NCBI GenBank assembly: GCA_000934665.2
Contig: JYFJ02002367.1
Span: 1 to 58,514, forward strand
Reading direction: 5' to 3'
Source of the DNA: Catajapyx aquilonaris
Lineage: Eukaryota
Length of the DNA: 58,514 nt
Of this stretch, positions 1 through 11,623 are shown in pieces (within the stretch, counting starts at the first letter, position 1; every line of letters begins with the position of its first letter). Below the pieces are notes generated by a model. That model was not told where the DNA came from. It worked only from the letters and a program-made list of their open reading frames with translations, and did no database searches. The translations under genes and the position numbers were made by a program.

Positions 1-241
1 GCTGTTGACTATCCGCGCATCTCCTAGGAGGCAGACGTTGGTTACTATCCGAGTGCCATCTATCAACAAAACAGTCCGCTCGCCTAGCGCCTCACGCGTG
101 ACGCGTCTGAACGCACCCATTCCTTGTCTATGAACCCCCTCTAGATGGCTTTTCCGGACACGGGTTCCTAAGTCAAAAATGTTTGTCTTTGTCCCCTCTA
201 TCACCCCTAGAAGTTTGTCGGTTGAATTCATTTACACCCTG
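1..241. mobile_element. Right end of a CAGGGTG-terminal Tc1/mariner-type element (cut by the window edge)
   Basis: Ends in ...acaccctg|TA. The subterminal ttccggacacgggttcctaag resembles that of the MITE at 4598-4882. Confidence 0.5.
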
Positions 242-1831
242 TATTGTGCCACATATTTCATCTTTAGTGACACGAATATAGACCCACACAAGTTGCAATC
301 TGTCAAGTTTGAAGCTTGAGTCATGCATATTGCATATTTCTGGAGATAAAAAATTGGAAACTATGGGATTTTGGTAAATTTCGAGACATTTGGCCCTGGT
401 TTTCGCTCTGTGGCAATTGTAGCATGTGACATAAATATACTTTGTGAATCCTTTGGGGCTGTTGTGCAGTGGCTAGAAATCATTTGGTTGGTATAGAATG
501 GGGCACCTGGTTAGGGGCACAAGAAGCTACAAAAAATAACTAGTATCTGGCTATATCAGTTATAAAAACGACCCACGAATTTCGAACACCCTGTATATCT
601 ATCATATTGGCTATTATAGCTATCATACTAGCTATACTGGTTATATCAGCCATACTATTACATTACATTAGTTATACAGGGTGTTGCAAGTTCGTGGGTC
701 ACTTTTCTTATCACCAAATTTGATATACCGCCGTAATAAGGGTACCCCGGATGAACAAACTGTGTGGGGCGTTTGAAGACACTTCCGTGGTCGCTCAGAA
801 CTCTTGCGCCAAAAATGTACCCGGACCAAGTGATCAGTGCAGTGTCCAAGTGAAGATTTCCCCACTACAAAACTGGCTGCAAGTCACTTGCCGGACCCCT
901 CAACTTGCCTGCACTTTCAGCTGCAAGTCTGCACCCTGCGGGGGCCTCCGTTTTCGCTCCCTCCCACAATCCCTAGGTAACCAAGGTAACGTAACAATTT
1001 GCGGGTGGGCTTTCATTTAGCTGCCCTTAGTGGATTAACCTGGTTCTTGCAGTGGGATTCCCAATTGCTCCAGATAGTACTGGATGAACCTGATGATCAT
1101 GAGAGTAATTGCCACATTGCAATTTATATTTGTCTTTAGGACAAAGCTATAGCTTGCTTCAAGGACAATTTGTGCATATATGCCAAAGATATTTCCATGT
1201 GACTGACAGTGTGTGCATGTATTTTTTTAACGAAGTTAGTGTGACAAATCGTTCTCCTGGTTCCAATTTAACAGTGTGTGTGATAGTCATGAAGAATCTC
1301 GACTGAGTCACAGATATTATGTGTTTGAGACTGTCTTTAAACTATGTAATGCCTTGAGGAGGTGAGTTTGTGAGGAATTAAAGTTATTATGGCATTACTA
1401 TGTGATAGTGTGTGTTTATGGCAAAAGCATCTGAATGTGTGTTATGTATAGGGTTGTAAAAAAAAGACAGAAAATTTGTCTCTCTGATAAAAGTGCTTTT
1501 TTGAAAAAATTTGATTCTCACTCCAAAGGGTTTCACTTTTCTGGAATCTCTTTGGCTTTTTATATTCATTGGCAATTTCTTACACTACCTCTTCTGATTA
1601 CTGATGTGCCCCTGTACGTAAATGTGTGCCCAAACACAGGAAACTATTTATCTGGATGGGAAGTGGACAACTTACATGCTATAACTAGTCCAGTATTTTA
1701 GCACAAGCAGGCTATTGACACTAATAAGATTGGTGTCCCAAATCATGGGATAAGAGCAGAAAATAAATACTCATGTTGGTGAAACTTGAGTGTGGCTTTT
1801 TCACTTTTCTATCATTAGAAAAAAAGGGAAA

Positions 1832-3066
1832 TGACAGATCTTGCTGAAACTTAACATGCTAATACTAGAAGACAACATATGATAACCAAAGATGAAATAT
1901 TTCGGGCTGGGGCCCATATTTGCAAAAGTTATGACGTCTTAAAGTGCCACAAATAATTCATTTTCATACCCAATGGGATTACATTAGTGACCGCTACCGA
2001 AGCAGTAGTGGTGGAGTGGATATGGTGTCCGACTGGTAATCGGGAGGTCCTGGGTTCGAGTCCCGGAGGCCAGCGATCCTGACCTTGGTTTTCTGTGGTT
2101 CTCCAAGGTCGCCCCAGGAAAATTCCGGGATCGTACCGTAAAATAGGCCACAGCCACCTCCTTCCTTTCACTGCCCTGGAGGAGGTGCAGTGTCGGTGGG
2201 AGGTCCTGGCCCGTGCCTAGGGTGATGTCTCAAGCTTGGCCCCCTGAGGGACTGCACACGGCCCCCACCACAAGACAATGCACAGCACCACTGTCCCTCT
2301 TTCTTTATCCCTTCCCTGTCCCCCGCACCAGAGAGAAAGAAATAACATGCGGAAGTAATTTCGCATAGAAAACGGAGGCGANCCCCCCCCCCCCCTCTAC
2401 ATTGACCACTAGGTCTGAAGGGGGTACCAAAATAAATAAATAAACAAATAAACAAATAAATTACATTAGCGACCACTTATAATGGCATTGAAGTGTGTAA
2501 ACAGGTTTTATATTTTTCTCATCGGAAAAAAAGTCTTATAGAATGGCTCTGTGTGTCCGTCCGTCCGTCTGTGGACAGGTGTCAAGGCCTAAACCATAAG
2601 AGATAGCAACAAACGGTTTTCATATTCAGATTAAGCATGACCAAAATAGGTTTCATGGTCAAGTTCCGGTGACCTGCCACTACCGGTTTTCCAGGTGCAC
2701 TCTATCTGCACAAGTCTACTTTATGGGTGGTTTAGAAAACCGGAAGTGGCGGGTCACCGGAAGTTGACCATGAAACCTATTTTGGTCACGCTTAATCCGA
2801 ATATGAAAACCGTTTGTCCTATCTCTGACAGTTTAGGCCTTGATACCTGTCCTGATGAGATAAAGTCTAGAAACTGTTTACACACTTCAATGTCATTATC
2901 TGATTGTGGTTGCTAATGTAATCCCATTGTGTATGATAATGTATTATTTTGGGCACTTTAAGACGTCATAACTTTTGTAAATATGGACGTCAGCCCGAAA
3001 TATTTCATTTTTGGTAATCATATATTGTCCTGTATTAGCATGTTAAGTTTCATCAAGATCCGTTAT
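1832..3066. repeat. Foldback element with diverged outer arms (1832-2520 / 2860-3066) and an inner palindrome (2575-2690 / 2737-2850); HINE/DINE-1-like features
   Basis: Reverse-complement matches such as gatcttgctgaaacttaacatgctaatac / gtattagcatgttaagtttcatcaagatc. A (GTCC)n microsatellite at about 2556-2570 is typical of Helentron-associated non-autonomous elements. The left arm is interrupted by a SINE. Confidence 0.65.
1996..2460 (+). mobile_element. tRNA-derived SINE (family A), full length with TSD
   Basis: A box (tggtggagtgg), B box (ggttcgagtccc), central gttttctgtggtt...taggccacagcc..ccttcc domain and (AAAT)n tail. 17-bp TSD ttacattagtgaccgct (1979-1995) / ttacattagcgaccact (2461-2477). 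Confidence 0.85.
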
Positions 3067-4316
3067 CACCCGGGAAATGTCCGTTGTCAGAATGAGTTAA
3101 GGACAAGTTAGGCAGGGGTTCTTAAACTGTGGGGTACACTTCCCCAGGGGAGGTGTGAGTTGCTTCACAACTACATAGAAATAGTTTTAACCATATAATT
3201 TTATGTAGACAAAATTCCTAGGATGCCCAGGGACTGTGAACTGAGTCACCATCGAGTACAAGTAAATTTTGTCCTCAAGGTCGGATACATGGGAGGTATG
3301 GCTCATAATATCTTTCCCAAGGGAAGTGTGACAGCAAAAAGTTGAAGAACCACTGAGAAAGGGAAGTGAATACCAGCAGTGCATAATATATAGACACCAA
3401 GGCAAAGAACGGAGAGATTTAACAACATCTGTCACTCTTACTTTTAAACCATGCATTTTTGCAAAGAGTGGCATGTGGGTAAAATTATTATGGTAGACAA
3501 TTTTTTTTTTAAATCTCCTTGTGGTGGCTATACTGGCATGCTTGTGTAGAGTGGGGCATAGGTTTTGTTTTTCCTGCATTTTACATGCAAGAAATACATC
3601 AACAATATTATGGTTTTCTAAGAAAAGTGAGGTATTTTTCTTTTACACACACACTCTACTGTATGACTGTATTTACCATTTAACTGAGGCAAAACAAACA
3701 AATGAGTAGAACATTACAGTATTTGATGAGAAAACATATTTATTTCCGAAGCAAGACGGTCAGATAAACTGAGGAGTCGGATAATCGGGGTTCTACTGTA
3801 TTTCCACTTTTTTGACGCTGTACTGTAAATTGATCAAGAGTTTTTGCGGGTTTTCTGTTCAAGGCATCCCTCCTGCTTCAACCTGTGTAGGGTGAAGAAG
3901 CTGTAGGCATGCCACTGGCAAGTTATTCTCCAGCAAAGTCAACCACACAAAATTTTGCATAGACCGTATACATTTGAAAGCATTTTCCAGCCATTATTTC
4001 AGTATTTATGAATCTCTGCAATTAATGTATTTTTCCAATACCACAATAGTTTAAAAATTCCTCTTAGATAAAACTTTCTCTACTGATAGTGAAGTCACAA
4101 GTAACTCATCATCCACTGTTGCACAGTTGTCCCTTCCTCCTTCATTAGTTCAAAAAGGTCAAACTCACTTGGTACAAAGGTCAGGGCTATCTCCTTATAA
4201 ATCTTAGTTGGTTTCTCAACTTCTTGTTCAGGATAACAAATGACCACACTGCTCCTCAATGATGGACACTATTACGTACAAACTGGGCCATAATAATTGT
4301 TTTGCTTCTTCTGTAG

Positions 4317-4530
4317 CAGCGGTTCCCAAACTTTTTCGGGTCACTACCCCCCTTTATAATATTGTCAAGTAACCTGCGACGAAAACCTTTGCGATGAAAT
4401 TTCCTATAAAATTTGTTTGAGCTTTTTAAAAATGTGGTAATTTTTTAATTTATAAGAATTACCGTGACCATGCACGACCCGGCACGACCCTTCGGAAAAG
4501 GCTTCACGACCCACAGGTTGGGAACCACTC
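4317..4530. mobile_element. hAT/Charlie-like MITE
   Basis: TIRs cagcggttcccaa / ttgggaaccactc; 8-bp TSD ttctgtag / ttctatag. Confidence 0.7.
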
Positions 4531-4597
4531 TTCTATAGTCACCAGTATTTACCTGCCTTATTTTATGGAGTTCCCAATGACTCACAAGTATGATATA

Positions 4598-4882
4598 CAG
4601 GGTGGATCCAGTAACTCTGGCAAAAATCACAGGGTTGGTAGAGGCGGCCCCATAGGCAAGTAGTTTGAGCTTAGGTACCCATGTCCAGAAATTCCCCCTA
4701 CAGGGGTTCCCGCCTTTAGTATGTTGCGCCTGGTGGGTAGGCACAACAGACCAAAGGTGGCACCAGCTGTACCCTCGTACAGGGGCATTTCCGGACATGG
4801 GTACCTAAGCTCAAACTACTTGCCTATGGGGCCGCCTCTACCATACCCTGTGATTTTTGCCAGAGTTACCGGATCCACCCTG
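4598..4882. mobile_element. Palindromic Tc1/mariner-type MITE (285 bp)
   Basis: TA|cagggtggatccagtaactctggcaaaaatcacaggg ... ccctgtgatttttgccagagttaccggatccaccctg|TA; arms of about 105 bp. Confidence 0.9.
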
Positions 4883-5008
4883 TATTTCAATTTTGTAATT
4901 TATGGAGCTAATAAACAGGATATACCAATTTAAATGTCACTTTTAGTTGGCAATTTTGTCTCTAAGCTGCTGATTTTTTAGTACAGGAAGTCCCCGGTCT
5001 ATGAACAG

Positions 5009-6962
5009 TAGGGCAGCTCGAAAAACACTTTTTTTCGAAAGTTGTAGTTCGCTAGCGAAAAAAAGTTGTGTTGGGCGATCCTTTTGACAGGTAAAAAATC
5101 TGAGTCATGTGGGTTAATATCCTACGGCTCCGCCAGGGGCGTAAGTGACGCAACTTCCGGGTTTTCATTCTTTGGTGTGCGAGTACACTTACCCGGCCTA
5201 AACAGGAAAAGTTGAGGTCCTTTGGGGGAAAATGTCGTTATTTTTGCGATATCTTGCACCGTTGACGAGATATTGACCAAAACCCCAGGTTCAAAAATTA
5301 CATGGTTCTGCAAAAAAAATCACTCTCTTTCGCTCTTTTGAAACCCTTTATGTGCTTTTTATGGTTTTTGGGGTGCTGAATCCGATTACGGCAACAGATT
5401 TGCTCTATCACGTACAGCTTTAGAGATATATCGTTTTAAAACTTTTGACGGTTTACTAGGGGTTTTTCCGAATCAAGTGGGCCTAATGTTGCTCGACCGC
5501 CTCGGATCTTGGTGAAAATAATCCCAGATGTACTCATCTATTCCTTAATGCTGCCTATAAAAATTCAGCCATATTGCTCAATACTATGATGAGGGGAAAA
5601 ATCGCAAACATCTGGAAATGGCTTAGAATGAGGCCTTTTTTTGGAGATTTGTTTTTCGGCTAGTGCAAGTGGTCAAAACCCAATGAACATATACGTATAT
5701 CAAAAGAAAGGGAAACACCAGGAAAATGCGCCTATGGAATTAGCTTTCCTCTAAAATGTAAAAATAAATTTTTATAGCATTTCATTTGTCACTTGCTCAG
5801 TCACATGGCCAAGAATATATTGTGACTTCAACAATATATTATAATCGACTGCCCTTGGCCGACTCCCTCGCATACCTTTTACACTTATACAAATAGTCAA
5901 ATACGCATATCATTGGTTCGGGCTGTCCTGCGGAGAAAACCCTTACGCAGTCCTGGAAATACACTGCGACAACTGTGAAATACAGCGATTCTTGATTTAA
6001 GTGTCGTATCTCCAAAAATTTGAGTTTTCTCAAAATCTGTGTGTGATAGAGCCATTCTGACTTCCGATATGGATTCAGCACACCTTAATCTATATAGTCC
6101 ATCTGCTTTTATCCAAAAGATGATTTGTCTGCAGAACATGTTGGGGTCACAATATATTCTTGGGCATGTGACTGAGCAAGTGACAAATGAAATGTTATAA
6201 CAATTAATTTTTACATTTTAGAGGAAAGCTAATTCCATAGGCGCATTGTCCTGGTGTTTCCCTTTCTTTTGATATAGGCCTATTATGTTCATTGGGGTTT
6301 GACCACTTGCACTAACCGAAAAAAAAATTATCCAAAAAAGGCCTCATTCTCAGCCATTTCCAGATGTTTGCGATTTTTCCCCTCATCATAGTATTGAGCA
6401 ATATGGCTGAATTTTTATAGGCAGCATTAAGGAATAGATGAGTACATCTGGGATTTTTTTCACCATGATCCGAGGCGGCCTAGCAACATTAGGCCCACTT
6501 GATTCGGAAAGACCCCTAGTAAACCGTCCAAAGTTTTAAAACGATATTATATCTCTAAAGCTGTACGTGATAGAGCAAATCTGTTACCGTATTTGGATTC
6601 AGCACCCCAAAATCCATAAAAAGCACAAAAAATCTTTCAAAAGAGCGAAAGAGAGTGATTTTGTGCAGAACCATGTAATTTTTGAACCTGGGGTTTTGGT
6701 CAATATCTCGTCAACGGTGCAAGACATCGCAAAAATAGCGACATTTCACCCCCAATGGGCCACAACGTTTCATGTTTAGGCCAGGTAAGTGTACTCGCAC
6801 GCCAAAAAACCCGGAAGTTGCGTCACTTACGCCCCTGGCGGAGCCGTAGGATATTAACCCACATGACTCAGATTTTTTACCTGTCAAAAGGATCGCCCAA
6901 CACAACTTTTTTTCGCTAGCGAACTACAACTTTCGAAAAAAAGTGTTTTTCGAGCCGCCCTA
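5009..6962. mobile_element. About 1.95-kb foldback element with ~820-bp TIRs, hAT-like termini
   Basis: Termini tagggcagctcgaaaaacac / gtgtttttcgagccgcccta. Arms about 5009-5830 and 6147-6962 are highly similar. The 8-bp direct repeat atgaacag lies at 5001-5008 and 6965-6972. Confidence 0.85.
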
Positions 6963-7114
6963 TAATGAACAGGGTTATGTTCCTGAAAATGTTCATACCG
7001 TATTACCTCTCATTTGAGGCATGCCGGTGTAGGCGAAGTCGACCAGTTTTTAGAAATGCATGATCTGGTGGCTATACCGGCATGCCGGTATAAGGCGAGG
7101 TTTTCACATAAGTT

Positions 7115-9129
7115 CCATTTCAGATCAGGCCAGATCCAGAAAAGTTGTCAGGGCTTGGTCTCCGATTATTACAGATAAATTACACAAAGTACCGCTGTCG
7201 AAAAGATGAAGAATGACACTGGCTATTTTTCAGTGTCATTTTTTATTTGCCCTGAAAAAATTCATAACCACAGGGGTACCAAATCTGCCATTTCTCGAAG
7301 TTCATTTTTTATCAACTTTGGACGGGTGTACCAATTTTCCTATACGTTACACAGAAACCAAAATGGAATGGAGCAACTGCCTACGTAGGTCTGAATTTTC
7401 GATATAAAATAATTGCGAATGTATAATTAGCAAACGCGGAAAAAATTGGCAAAAATGCTGTTTTACGACATTTTAGCAATTTTCGTAATTTTTTTTCCTT
7501 GCAAAAAAAATAATATTTGTGGGCAAATGAAACATGTAGACTTTCAGTACAACTCATACCCTCTCTACTTATTAGCTTTGTTAAGCTTTGAAGTCAAAGG
7601 TTAACAGCGGAGCCATTGTTGAACATTGTTAACTTCGCAAAACATGGTTTGGAAGAAAATAATTTTCTCAAAAAACCCACGTGATAATTGAACACCTATT
7701 TATTTCTGGGCAGAGGAACATCTGAGTCACACACCAGTGCAAAAATATTTCTCTCTCCACCCCCCCCCCNCCCCCCCCCCCGAGGTTTATGATCCTGATT
7801 TGAATGTTATTACTTACTCATTTCCGGTTCTCTCCATGGAGCCCACTGACCCAGTCCCACGACTCATAGCATTATGTACGGTACATTTGAACTTCTCTCA
7901 TACATGTAGGCTACATGTGATTGTATGATACCTTGAATCTTATATCTTATACTGGTTAATGCTATGTGAGGTCCGGTGAGGTCAAATCAGGCATAGAGGT
8001 ATTGCAAAGTCTTACTCACATTTTTCCAGAAGTCACACCAAATGTTGCGCTGTTCTTTGCACAGTAACCTGGCCACGTTTCACAGTGACCAACTCTGACC
8101 TGTTCCATCTCTGCCTCTGTCCATGTCCGATGGAGGAATGTTGGAACCTGGAATGTGTTGAGTGTCCAGGAACTGAAGGACTATCTATAGAAAGCTTGTT
8201 CCTGACAGACTATGATGACGAAGAGGTGTCATTTGCAGTGTGGGAGCATAATGACCTAATCAAGAGAATTTCATCAGTTGCTTCTTTTGTAGACAATGAA
8301 CTTGTCCACTGGACTACGAAAGGAATAACTCACGAACATGTACAAACGATTCAGTGAGAGACTGTGCAGAAGTTGAAGAGGCAGTGCCAAGATAGTGACT
8401 TGCACCTAGTGTTACATTTCGAATTTGCTGAAAATTGGACTGTAATATTTCCCGACGAAATTCAGAGCTACCACTGGGCGAAGGCGCAGATTACGGTGTT
8501 CACCTGCGTGGCATACTGGGGTGACAACGTGAGGAGTGTCGCTGTTGTCAGTGACGAACGTCGCATGACTGGTTTTTTTGAGAAAATTATTTTCTTCCAA
8601 ACCATGTTTTGCGAAGTTAACAATGTTCAACAATGGCTCCACTGTTAGTCTTTGACTTCAAAGCTTAACAAAGCTGATAAGTAGAGAGGGTATGAGTTGT
8701 ACTGAAAGTCTATATGCTTCATTTGCCCACAAAAAAATTTTATTGCAAAGAAAAAAATTGCAAAAATTGCACAAATGTCGTAAAACAGCATTTTTGCCAA
8801 TTTTTTCCGAGTTTGCTAATTATACATTCGCAATTATTTTATATCGAAAATTCAGACCTACGTAGGCAGTTGCTCCATTCCATTTTGGTTTTTGTGTAAC
8901 GTATAGGAAAATTGGTACACCCGTCCAAAGTTGAGAATAATGAACTTCGAGAAATAGCAGATTTGGTACCCCTGCGGTTATGAATTTTTTCAGGGCAAAT
9001 AAAAAATGACACTGAAAAATTGCCAGTGTCATTCTTCATCTTTTCGACAGCGGTACTTTGTGTAATTTATCCCTGATAATCAGAGACCAAGTCCTGACAG
9101 GCTCTGCCTGAATTGAAATGGAACCACCC
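7115..9129 (+). mobile_element. Internally deleted Sola2-like DNA transposon with ~560-bp TIRs
   Basis: Arms about 7115-7675 and 8570-9129. The right end is gaaatggaaccaccc (GGG terminus on the other strand). 4-bp duplication AGTT at 7111-7114 / 9130-9133. Carries a transposase remnant. Confidence 0.7.
8085..8565 (+). pseudogene. Sola2-like transposase fragment
   Basis: A Cys-rich segment (CLCPCPMEECWNLECVECPG), an in-frame stop, then HFEFAENWTVIFPDEIQSYHWAKAQITVFTCVAY...SVAVVSDE. This matches the DF(S/A)ENY...EIQSxHW...QxT motif I associate with Sola2 transposases. It is truncated where the right TIR begins. Confidence 0.65.
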
Positions 9130-10196
9130 AGTTACATTATCCTTCCTGAACTTGACATTTGCCTGAAAATCGAAATTCACGTAAAGGCTATTGAAAAGGC
9201 ACGTTTTCCAAATAGGGTACCCGTACTATATATGTTTTCAATCGCAGTGTATTGGCAATAATCTCTATTTAAACGGTATGTTGGAGCAGGGGGTTCCCCT
9301 GTCAAAGCAGGCTGACGATGGGATTGGTCACACACTCTACATTTTTTAAATGCACTGTGCAACTGAACTGACATATTCTCACAGCCTGTACACTCGTCCA
9401 TTTTCATTGTAATATTATTTTAGTATGGTACCAGATGCATTCAAGAAAATTTGGCAAGGATCAAAATTACGGAAATCTACCTCGGTTATTACCGCATGCC
9501 GGCCACCCCTGGGTTATACCGGCATGCTGGTCGACCTCGTTTTATACCGTCGTGCCGCAATATGAGAAGTAATACAGTATATCAGATTTGTACGTAACTT
9601 GGATCCCTGAGGAATGGTACAGCGTAAAGATTCTGCTCCAACTAACCACTAATGACGTGTGTCTGTTTACATGTGTGAAGAACCCAGTTTCCCAATTATT
9701 TATTAATTATTCAGTATTTATGTTGAACTTGGTGTCAGTCAATGTATATGCTGAAGTGATTGAAAGTGGAGGAATAATTAAAAGTTTTCCTTCCTGGGAG
9801 CCTTGGGAGCCCGTTCGTAAGTACGGATCACCGTAAGTCGGGTCGTTCATAAACCAGGGACTTCCTGTAATTACTTGGGAGTAGTAGCTTGTAGTGGCTA
9901 TAAAACAGATGGGGTACTAATATTATGTCAGTTTGCATCATCTATTCAAGCTCTGAATAGCATGAATTTCCTATTGGGATTGTCCCCATTGAAACTCTTG
10001 CTATCGAACACCAATGATTTCACCAATTTTATGCAGGACAAACTCCCCTGCAGAAGGATAAACGGATAGATTGCAACCTAAGGGCCAGTTCACACATGGC
10101 CACTTCAGTCGTGCACTACAGCCCACTGCAGTGGGGCAGATTCTCGCTACAGCAGGTGGGCCAGAATCAGTATGGCAACGAGTGAAGAACATTTTA

Positions 10197-11136
10197 CGAG
10201 GAGTGATCAAAAAGTAAGGTCTCCAAGGCTGTAACCTTTATTCTGTATGAACACAAATGACGAAACTTACAGGGTACATGAGGACAATGGACATCTACTT
10301 TTCTACATAGTTTCCACACCGAAGAACGCACTTGTCCCATCGCCAGACCAGTTTCTCAATCCCTTCCCAATAGAAAGGGGTGCCCTGTTGACAGCACCAG
10401 TCACACCCAGCCTTCTTCACCTCATCGTCGCTTCGGAAATTCTGACCTGCAATGTCTGGTTTCAGGGCTCTGAATAAGTGATAGCCTGTGAGGGCTAGGT
10501 CGGGACTATAGGGTGTGTGAGGAAGAACTTCCCAGTCGTATCCATTCAGCAAAGCCACGGTGTCCCTCGATGTGTCCGGACGGGCGTTGTCGTGGAGAAA
10601 GATGACCCCAGCACGCCAGCAGTGAGCAATCATTGTCGTTTCCACCTGATGGCCTTCTGCAACTTCGCCAGGGTCACTGCGCTCCGAATTGATAGTCGCA
10701 ACTTCCAGGATTGCTCACTGCTGGGGTCATCCTTCTCCACGACAACACCCGTCCGCACACATCGAGGGACACCATGGCTTTGCTGAATGGATACGACTGG
10801 GAAGTTCTTCCTCACACTCCCTATAGTCCCGACCTAGCCCTCACAGGCTATCACTTATTCAGAGCCCTGAAAGCAGACATTGCAGGTCAGCATTTCCGAA
10901 GCGACGATGAGGTGAAGAAGGCTGGGTGTGACTGGTGCTGTCAACAGGGCACCCCTTTCTATTGGGAAGGGATTGAGAAACTGGTCTGGCGATGGGACGA
11001 GTGCGTTCTTCGGTGTGGAAACTATGTAGAAAAGTAGATGTCCATTGTCCTCATGTACCCTGTAAGTTTCGTCATTTGTGTTCATACAGAATAAACGTTA
11101 CAGCCTTTGGAGACCTTACTTTTTGATCACTCCTCG
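10197..11136. mobile_element. Mariner foldback built from two inverted copies of the 3' end of the transposase gene (940 bp)
   Basis: TA|cgaggagtgatcaaaaagtaagg ... ccttactttttgatcactcctcg|TA. Mirror ORFs 10295-10645(-) and 10711-11037(+) both encode HDNxRPxT...HTPYSPDLALTGYHLF...RWDxCV..CGNYVEK. Confidence 0.93.
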
Positions 11137-11623
11137 TATATGCACTATTGCTACTGCTTCTATTGAAAAGGAAGAAAAGTGCAGGCAAAACAGGAAAATT
11201 CCTATTCATCCTGTTCTCGAAAGGTCGTTGAATGGACTTTACTATACACTATTCGAATATCCGAGGCAAGATGATAAAACAGCTTTTTTTTCTGTATTTT
11301 CGGCAACTGACACATCCCAAATTGCGCAATGGGCCTTGACTTCAGATATAAAATCTTTGACATTAATTTCCTTCACTAATATTGCACAATCCACGGTGGT
11401 AAACTGCCCTTTCCTTGAGGCATGAACTAGTGTGGACATACAACTGGGCCTGTGGCGGGCGTGAGTGGCTCCATGTGCATGCACCAATGCAAAGTAATGG
11501 TCCGCTATCAAGTGGCCTGTGGCCTCAAGCACTTGTAGAAGCAAAGGCGCTTGGACTTGCCACTCAGTCACGCGGTCGAGCTACTCCCAAGCCACTCCGG
11601 GGCCAGAGAAGCCTACCCTCGCC

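Larger units (their letters stand above)
6998..9577 (+). mobile_element. TA-flanked MITE family B, copy 1 (interrupted by a Sola2-like element)
   Basis: TIRs ccgtattacctctcat / atgagaagtaatacag. Both halves match the uninterrupted inverted copy at 22478-23017. Confidence 0.8.
4984..9867. mobile_element. pogo/Tigger-like MITE, outermost layer of a nest
   Basis: TA|caggaagtccccggtctatgaac ... gttcataaaccagggacttcctg|TA. The sequence is continuous once the inner insertions are removed. Confidence 0.7.

Noticed and set aside
3880..4310. Possible host exons
   Set aside because: No consistent frame or splice pairs; it looks like a very old mariner remnant.
5009..11136. Long palindromes as assembly artefacts
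   Set aside because: Arms carry independent substitutions and indels, and the elements end precisely at transposon termini with TSDs.
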